Positions 58,261-64,000 of a stretch of DNA of 64,000 bases are shown piece after piece. This stretch comes from Myxococcota bacterium (GTDB lineage Bacteria; Myxococcota_A; UBA9160; UBA6930), in assembly GCA_965223705.1 (NCBI GenBank), contig OZ245015.1, forward strand, positions 1,920,001 to 1,984,000, written 5' to 3'. A program made the position numbers and the translations under genes. How positions within the stretch are numbered: the stretch's first letter is position 1; every line of letters begins with the position of its first letter. The notes below the pieces were generated by a model. The model had not been told where the DNA came from. It was given only the letters and a program-made list of their open reading frames with translations, and searched no databases.

Positions 58261-59478
58261 ATGACGACAGAACTGCCCGACAACGTGGTGGCTCCCGAGG
58301 CCGTTCGGGACCCGCACACCTTCTTTCGGCGGTTGCGGGAAGAATCTCCGATTCACTGGGCGCAGGGTCACCGCGCCTGGATCGTCACCCGCTACAAAGA
58401 CGTCATGGCCGGCATGGGCGACGACCGCCTGTCGACCGACAACATGAAGGCGCAAGAGCAGCGGCTCTCCGCCGAAGATCGCGCCCGTTTCGCGCCGGCA
58501 GCAAAGCTCCTCGAGGGCTGGATGATCTTCCGGGATCCGCCGGTCCACACGAAACTCCGCGCGCCGGTTCGAACGGCGTTCAAACCGCGCGCCGTTGCGG
58601 CCCTCTCCGCAGGTCTCGAAGCTCGTGTCGACGAACTCCTGGAGGAGATGGCCGAGACGTCGCCGTGCAGCGTGATCCGCAAGCTCGCATTTCCGCTTCC
58701 CGCCGACGCGATCGCGATGCTCCTCGGCGTTCCGGGTGAACGCCGGAACGATTTTCGTCGCTGGTCCCGTATGTTGGGCGGCCTCGTCATGGGAAAGACC
58801 GAGCGGACGGACCGCTGGGAACGCGCACTCGGCGCCGAGCGCAACTTCTCCGCACTGTTCGGTGACCTCATCGAGCGCTATGAGAAGAAACCGGAAGACA
58901 ACCTCATCAGCGAACTCATTCGAGCACGCGACGCCGGTGAATATCTCGATCCCGATCAGATGATCGGCGCTTGCACCCTCATCTTGTTCGCCGGGCACGA
59001 AACCACCGCAAACCTCATCGGAAGCGGAACGTTGGCGCTTCTCAGGAACCCGGCGGAACTCGAACGACTTCGCGCCGAACCCGAGCTCATCGAAAGCGCT
59101 GTCGAGGAGATGCTCCGCTACGACGGGCCCTCGAAGGTCAACGTCCGGCGTGTGCGAGAATCGTTCGACTTCGAAGGGCACCCGTTCGAGAAGGGCCAGA
59201 AAGTCTTCTTGTCGACGGCCGCGGCCAATCACGATCCCGAAGAGTTTCCCGATCCCGACCGCTTCGACATCGGTCGTTCGCCCAACCGCCACCTGGGTTT
59301 CGGCTGGGGACGACACTTTTGCCTCGGGGCCCAGCTGGCCCGGCTCGAGACGCAAATTGCGATTCGAAAGCTCATCGAGCGCTTCCCGAAGCTCGCACTG
59401 GCCCCTCAAGAGCTCGCCTGGGAGCCGATTATCCTGGGCCGCTCGCTCAAGGCGCTCGACGTGTTGCCGAACGGCTAG
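58261..59478 (+). CDS. Cytochrome P450
   Basis: DPPVHTKLR, AGHETT I-helix, EEMLR (ExxR), FGWGRHFCLG heme-Cys motif. Confidence 0.95.
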   Translation: MTTELPDNVVAPEAVRDPHTFFRRLREESPIHWAQGHRAWIVTRYKDVMAGMGDDRLSTDNMKAQEQRLSAEDRARFAPAAKLLEGWMIFRDPPVHTKLRAPVRTAFKPRAVAALSAGLEARVDELLEEMAETSPCSVIRKLAFPLPADAIAMLLGVPGERRNDFRRWSRMLGGLVMGKTERTDRWERALGAERNFSALFGDLIERYEKKPEDNLISELIRARDAGEYLDPDQMIGACTLILFAGHETTANLIGSGTLALLRNPAELERLRAEPELIESAVEEMLRYDGPSKVNVRRVRESFDFEGHPFEKGQKVFLSTAAANHDPEEFPDPDRFDIGRSPNRHLGFGWGRHFCLGAQLARLETQIAIRKLIERFPKLALAPQELAWEPIILGRSLKALDVLPNG

Positions 59479-59482
59479 GCGC

Positions 59483-59866
59483 TTAGCGAGAGCGCGTTTC
59501 GCTGACGATCAGCTCGAAACGCCCATTCGGTCCGATGTGCCAGGAAGCGAGCCAGCTCGTAAAGCTCACGATGAGCGAACCCAACAGGCCGGATCCCAGG
59601 CCCGCGACCGAGAAGTCGTCGAGCAACCAGGCGACCAAGCCGAGCATGCCGGCGTTGATCACCCACAGGAAGAGTCCCAAGGTGACGACCGTGATCGGTA
59701 GCGTCAGCAGAATGACAACCGGTCGGACGACGGCGTTGACGATACCGAGCAGGAACGCGGCCAGGGCCAAGGTTCCGAAGCCTTCGATGTGGATGCCGCC
59801 GATGAGCCATGCGGCGAGCCACAGCCCACCGGCGGTGATTGCGGTGCGCGTCAGGAACCCGGACAT
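59483..59866 (-). CDS. 4-TM 'phage holin' family membrane protein (YvlD-like)
   Basis: LGIVNAVVRPVVILLTLPITVVTLGLFLWVINA. Confidence 0.85.
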   Translation of the reverse strand: MSGFLTRTAITAGGLWLAAWLIGGIHIEGFGTLALAAFLLGIVNAVVRPVVILLTLPITVVTLGLFLWVINAGMLGLVAWLLDDFSVAGLGSGLLGSLIVSFTSWLASWHIGPNGRFELIVSETRSR

Positions 59867-59868
59867 CG

Positions 59869-61593
59869 CTAGGTGATCACCGGCTGTGCGAGCGCTGCGG
59901 ACAGGCTTGCGTGGACTTCCTCGGCGAACAGGCGGGCTTTCTTGTTCGAAGGCGGCAGCGGCTCGTCGTGGAAGAAGCTCGGAAGTTCGTCGTCGGCTCG
60001 CGTGAACCCGGCCGCGACGTTAAACGCCGCTTCGAGGCGCAGGGTCTCGCGCCCGATGTGTTCGAGGCCTGCGACGTCCATTTCCGTACCCAGGGCCTGA
60101 TGGATGGCGTCGGCGATGAGTTCGAAGTTCGTGTTCGTCACGCTGCGACCGAAGACACACAAGCCGAGTGAATCGGCGATGGCGCACAGGACCTGGATCT
60201 CGTAGCTCGCGGCCGTGAGCTCCGCGACGCTCTTCCCCTCGCACTCGAACGTGGGAATGTTCCCCGCGGTGTGGTCGGCGCCCTGCGCGGTGAGCATCAT
60301 CGAGATACCGGTGACTTCGATGAGACGCGGATCGTACGCGCTGATCGCTTGGCGTTTGATGACCGGCACGCGTGCGAGGCCCCTGGCTTCGCCGACGCGC
60401 GCTGTGCCCTGGGCGAGGAACCGGCCGCGTTCGGTGCCGGCGGCGATGTCGGCAAACGCCTGCTCCATGAAGGCGACGTCTCCGAAGGGTGCTTCACCGG
60501 CTTCCATCAACAACGCGAGCGTCGCGCCGACCTCGATCGTGTCGACCCCCAGATCGTTCGCCAGTGCGTTCATGCGCGCGATGTCGTCCGGGTCTTCGAG
60601 ACCGCAGTTCGAGCCCAAGAGCCCGATGGTCTCGTACTCGAGCGGCGAGACAATCTCTTCGCCCCGATCGTCGGCGTAGACATTGCTGCACTTGATTTGG
60701 CAGCCCGGCATACAGGCGTGTGACACTTCTCCGCCGCGCGCTTGATTGCGATCGTGGATGTGGTCGCCGCCGATCTCCAGGGTTTGTTGTTCGGGGTCGA
60801 CGAGCTGACCCTCACTGAAGTTGCGCACCGGAAGGGCCCCGACCCGGTTCGTGAAATCGGCCACCAACGCCGTGCCGAAACTCGAGAACGCCTGCACAGG
60901 GGCCGAGTCGCGGAGCAGCGCGCCGTACTGACGGATTGCACCCATCAGCTTCTTGCGATCGTGTAGCGCGGGCATCTTGCCCTGATCCGCGACGATCGCT
61001 TTTACGCGCTTCGAGCCCATCACCGCGCCGACTCCGCCGCGGGCCGCGATACGAGACGGGCGACGATCGGTGTCGCTGACCGCGATGCCGGCCAGGAGCC
61101 CTTCGTACTCTCCGACCGGACTGCAGAGGGCGAGGCTCACTTTCTCGCCGAACTGCTCATGGAGGCGCTTCGCGGCTTCGTTGTTGCCCAGGCCGAGAAA
61201 AGCTTCCGCCGGGAGGAACGCCACGTCTCCGTCGCGCCGTAAGTGCAGGATGACCCATTCGTCGGAGGTGCTTCGGAGCGTAAAACCCGCGAGCCCTTGA
61301 TGGCCCAACGCCAAGGCGAACGTTCCCCCCGCATTGGATTCTTTGATGCCACCGGTAAGCGGGCTCTTGCAGCCGACGCTCAGTCGGTTCGCGTTCGAAA
61401 AATTCGTCCCTGCGAACGGGCCCGCCGAAAAGATCAGCGGGTTGTCGGGGCCCAGGGGATCGACGTGCGCGACGCCTTCTTCCACGAGTGTCTTCGCGAT
61501 TCGGTAGCGCCCCGCGATTGCGGCGTCCTCCGCGGAGAGTGTCCTTCGGTCGACCGTTCGGCTTTGGAGATCGATTTCGAGATAGTCGCGCAT
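59869..61593 (-). CDS. Aldehyde:ferredoxin oxidoreductase family (W/Mo-pterin)
   Basis: DPLGPDNPLIF, KSPLTGGIKESNAGG, AARGGVGAVMGSK, ACMPGCQIKC, EYET, GVDTIE; start MRDYLEID. Confidence 0.9.
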   Translation of the reverse strand: MRDYLEIDLQSRTVDRRTLSAEDAAIAGRYRIAKTLVEEGVAHVDPLGPDNPLIFSAGPFAGTNFSNANRLSVGCKSPLTGGIKESNAGGTFALALGHQGLAGFTLRSTSDEWVILHLRRDGDVAFLPAEAFLGLGNNEAAKRLHEQFGEKVSLALCSPVGEYEGLLAGIAVSDTDRRPSRIAARGGVGAVMGSKRVKAIVADQGKMPALHDRKKLMGAIRQYGALLRDSAPVQAFSSFGTALVADFTNRVGALPVRNFSEGQLVDPEQQTLEIGGDHIHDRNQARGGEVSHACMPGCQIKCSNVYADDRGEEIVSPLEYETIGLLGSNCGLEDPDDIARMNALANDLGVDTIEVGATLALLMEAGEAPFGDVAFMEQAFADIAAGTERGRFLAQGTARVGEARGLARVPVIKRQAISAYDPRLIEVTGISMMLTAQGADHTAGNIPTFECEGKSVAELTAASYEIQVLCAIADSLGLCVFGRSVTNTNFELIADAIHQALGTEMDVAGLEHIGRETLRLEAAFNVAAGFTRADDELPSFFHDEPLPPSNKKARLFAEEVHASLSAALAQPVIT

Positions 61594-61611
61594 CGAAGGA
61601 GAAGTTACCGA

Positions 61612-61636
61612 CTCTGTTAGACTTTGCGCGACCTCG
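61612..61636 (+). repeat. 25-bp direct repeat copy 1 (promoter-like, extended -10 TGTTAGACT)
   Basis: CTCTGTTAGACTTTGCGCGACCTCG identical to 62520-62544. Confidence 0.9.
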
Positions 61637-61666
61637 ATGGAGAGCGCACGTTTCCGCGAGAGCGAC

Positions 61667-62482
61667 ATGAACATTCCGTCCCGCGATATCGACCGTCTCC
61701 TTTCCGAGGGCTACTGCATCATTCCCGATGTGATCGGCGCCGAGGACTGCCGAGAAGGTAAGCGACGCCTCTGGGCTGCCGCCGAGGAAAGCGAACGTCG
61801 CGGCGCGCCGACGCGCAACGTGGGCATCGATCCCAACGAACACAACGTGCGCGTCTTCAACCTGCTGGATCTCGATCCACTCTTCCGAGAATGGATCCAG
61901 CACCCGCTGGCAATCGAGCTCGTGAGGCGGCTGCTCGGCGACGGCTTCTTGATTTCGAACTTCACGGCCAACATCGCGCTCCCGGGCGCCCGGCCGATGG
62001 AAATTCACTCGGATCAGTCGATCGTCGTGCCCGAGCCGTGGCTCGCGCCTTGGGCCATCAACATCATCTGGTGTCTCGACGACATGCACGGGGCCAACGG
62101 TGCGACGCGCTATCTGCCGGGGAGTCATCGCGTCACGCGGCGTGAGGAACTTCCCCCCGATCCGGCCGGGAGGATGGAGCCTTTCGAGGCCAAGGCCGGC
62201 TCGCTTCTCGCTGTCGACGGCCGCATGTGGCACACCTCGGGCGCGAACATCACGGCGGACGAAGAGCGGTCCCTACTCTTCGGGTACTACTCCGCGGACT
62301 TCCTGCGCCCCCAGACCAATTGGAACGCGGCACTCTCGCCGGCCACGCTCCGCAGCCTCTCTCCCCAACTGCGAACGTGGCTGGGCGTAGACGCCGAGGC
62401 CAACCTCCGCCTCGCCGAGCCGTTGGTGGTGTACGGTCCGGCAGACGGCACGAGTATGAAGGTCCCCGAGCCCAGCTCCTGA
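61667..62482 (+). CDS. Phytanoyl-CoA dioxygenase (PhyH) family Fe(II)/2-oxoglutarate oxygenase
   Basis: GYCIIPDVI, HSDQ (HxD), CLDD....NGATRYLPGSH, WHTSGAN.T..ER. Confidence 0.9.
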   Translation: MNIPSRDIDRLLSEGYCIIPDVIGAEDCREGKRRLWAAAEESERRGAPTRNVGIDPNEHNVRVFNLLDLDPLFREWIQHPLAIELVRRLLGDGFLISNFTANIALPGARPMEIHSDQSIVVPEPWLAPWAINIIWCLDDMHGANGATRYLPGSHRVTRREELPPDPAGRMEPFEAKAGSLLAVDGRMWHTSGANITADEERSLLFGYYSADFLRPQTNWNAALSPATLRSLSPQLRTWLGVDAEANLRLAEPLVVYGPADGTSMKVPEPSS

Positions 62483-62519
62483 GACCCGCGCATTTGCGGA
62501 GCGGAAGGTAAGTCACCGG

Positions 62520-62544
62520 CTCTGTTAGACTTTGCGCGACCTCG
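62520..62544 (+). repeat. 25-bp direct repeat copy 2
   Basis: Identical to 61612-61636; followed by the GGAGGAG RBS of the next gene. Confidence 0.9.
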
Positions 62545-62555
62545 GAGGAGAGCCC

Positions 62556-64000
62556 GTGTTCGAACCGCGATCCGTCACGCCGATTCCCGAAGGGACACTC
62601 CTCACCAACTGCCCTCGAGATTGCTACGACAACTGCGGCATCTGGGCACAGCCGGGAGCCGACGGACGCGTCATCGTGCGCGGCGATCCGAATCACCCCG
62701 TGAGCCGTGGATCACTCTGCGGCAAATGCACCGTCGCCTACAACGGTGCCTGGCAGGATCCCGAAGCGCGTCTCCGCCATCCCCTGCGACGCGTCGGCGC
62801 GAAGGGTGAAGGTCGCTTCGAAGAAATCTCCTGGGACGACGCCGTTGGACGTGTCGCCCGAGAGCTCCGAGACATCGTCGCGGAGTCCGGCCCCGAAGCG
62901 ATCCTCCACACCCACTACTCGGGAACGATTTCGCTGCTCGCATATCTATTTCCCATGCGCTTTTTCCACCGGCTGGGCGCCAGCGAGGTCGAGCCCGACT
63001 CGATTTGCAACTTGAGTGGCCACGTCGCTTGGTCGCTGTTGTTCGGAATTTCCGTCGCGGGTTTTGATCCGCGTACGGCTCGCGACGCGTCGTCGATCTT
63101 CGTATGGGGCGCGAACCCGTCCCATACGGCACCGCACATGGACGAACATTGGTTGGGTGCGTTCTCGGGCCGCGTCGTCGTCATCGACCCCGTGCGCACC
63201 GCGACCGCGCGACGCGCTGATCTCTACCTCCAGCCATTTCCCGGGAGCGACGCGGCGCTCGCTTTCGCCCTGCTGCACCAGCTCGAAGCCCGGGGCGCTT
63301 TCGACGAAGCGTTTATTGAGGCGCACGTCCACGGCGCCGACGAAGTGCGGTCGGTCCTTGCGACGTGTACTCCCGAGTGGGGCGAGCGTGAGACAGGCGT
63401 TCCCGCGGCCGACATCCGCAAAGCGGCGGAGATCTACGCCGCGGGCCCAGCGCTCCTCTGGGCCGGGCAGGGTCTGCAGCGCCAACCCACCGGAGCGAAC
63501 ATCATGCGGGCGCTTGGCCTCCTTCCCGCGTTGACGGGAAATATCGGCAAGCCCGGCGCCGGCTTCTACTACTTGAACATCTCTCCCGCGCTCGTCGGCG
63601 GGGATCTCGACCGTTTGGCCGGCGCAGAGCTCGCCGCTTTCGATACGCCGAAGGTCAACCATATCGGTTTGGCGAGCGAGCTCGCGGCGAACGAGCGCTT
63701 CCGGGCATTTCTCTCCTGGAACACGAATCCCGTGGCATCCGCAGCCGAGCAGGGGCGCCTCCGAGAAGCCCTGTCGCGCGAGGATCTCTTCACGGTGGTG
63801 GTCGACTGCTTCCAGACCGACACGGCCGACTACGCCGATATCGTCCTGCCGGCGGCGAGCTTTCTCGAGTTTGACGATCTCACGTTCAGCTACATGAATC
63901 CGATGATCGGCGCACAACGCAAGGTGCGTGAGCCCATCGGTTCGTCACTTCCCAACATGGAGATCTTTCGCCGGCTCGCGCGCGCGATGGAGTTCAAAGA
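62556..64000 (+). CDS. Molybdopterin (DMSO reductase family) oxidoreductase, 3'-truncated by window edge; absent from supplied ORF track
   Basis: Hand translation from GTG 62556: TNCPRDCYDNCG...RGDPNHPVSRGSLCGKC [4Fe-4S] motif, RLRHPLRRVG.KG.G.FEEISWD, WGANP, TDTADYADIVLPAA. Confidence 0.9.
   Translation, partial: MFEPRSVTPIPEGTLLTNCPRDCYDNCGIWAQPGADGRVIVRGDPNHPVSRGSLCGKCTVAYNGAWQDPEARLRHPLRRVGAKGEGRFEEISWDDAVGRVARELRDIVAESGPEAILHTHYSGTISLLAYLFPMRFFHRLGASEVEPDSICNLSGHVAWSLLFGISVAGFDPRTARDASSIFVWGANPSHTAPHMDEHWLGAFSGRVVVIDPVRTATARRADLYLQPFPGSDAALAFALLHQLEARGAFDEAFIEAHVHGADEVRSVLATCTPEWGERETGVPAADIRKAAEIYAAGPALLWAGQGLQRQPTGANIMRALGLLPALTGNIGKPGAGFYYLNISPALVGGDLDRLAGAELAAFDTPKVNHIGLASELAANERFRAFLSWNTNPVASAAEQGRLREALSREDLFTVVVDCFQTDTADYADIVLPAASFLEFDDLTFSYMNPMIGAQRKVREPIGSSLPNMEIFRRLARAMEFK

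Noticed and set aside
59483..59866. Holin as evidence for a prophage
   Set aside because: This 4-TM family is commonly chromosomal, and no phage genes are nearby.
61616..62531. GTTAGAC in the phyH-flanking repeats as integron GTTRRRY core sites
   Set aside because: No RYYYAAC inverse core or attC hairpin after phyH, and no integron integrase in the window.

Overview
64-kb chromosomal window from a high-GC diderm bacterium. The gene order lptC-lptA-lptB-rpoN-ptsN-hprK-rapZ-EIIA(Man)-ptsH-metK suggests a Myxococcota/deltaproteobacteria-like organism (inference). Positions 1-25.3 kb are mostly core genes: Na+:solute symporter, sixA, CHAD-CYTH, lpt/rpoN/PTS cluster, metK, yajC-secDF, bactofilin, TolC, ispDF, cysS, uvrBC and comEC. 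Positions 25.5-33.5 kb form an acyl-CoA catabolic block: TPP-dependent 2-hydroxyacyl-CoA lyase-like gene, EthD, Nudix, three acyl-CoA dehydrogenases and an enoyl-CoA hydratase. Positions 33.5-42.8 kb hold TauE, peptidases, a V4R-STAS plus J-domain/TPR operon, rfbB, a degenerate AAA+ ATPase, alkA and tRNA-Glu(UUC). After the tRNA is an accessory-looking region that ends in AOR, PhyH and a molybdopterin oxidoreductase running off the window. No CRISPR array, integrase, transposase or rRNA was seen. The most notable observations are: (i) a ~130-180 bp hairpin element in two inverted copies bracketing most of the catabolic block; (ii) a probable sigma54-driven operon pairing a V4R-STAS sensor with Glu at both RsbR phosphosites and a J-domain/TPR protein; (iii) a pseudo-ATPase ending in a GQYL-like tail (GNYV); (iv) a four-copy tandem array of a small membrane protein family, two copies internally deleted; (v) a 38-bp tandem duplication at the cysS/uvrB junction; (vi) a duplicated promoter segment flanking phyH. 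All calls were made by eye from motifs; no database searches were run.
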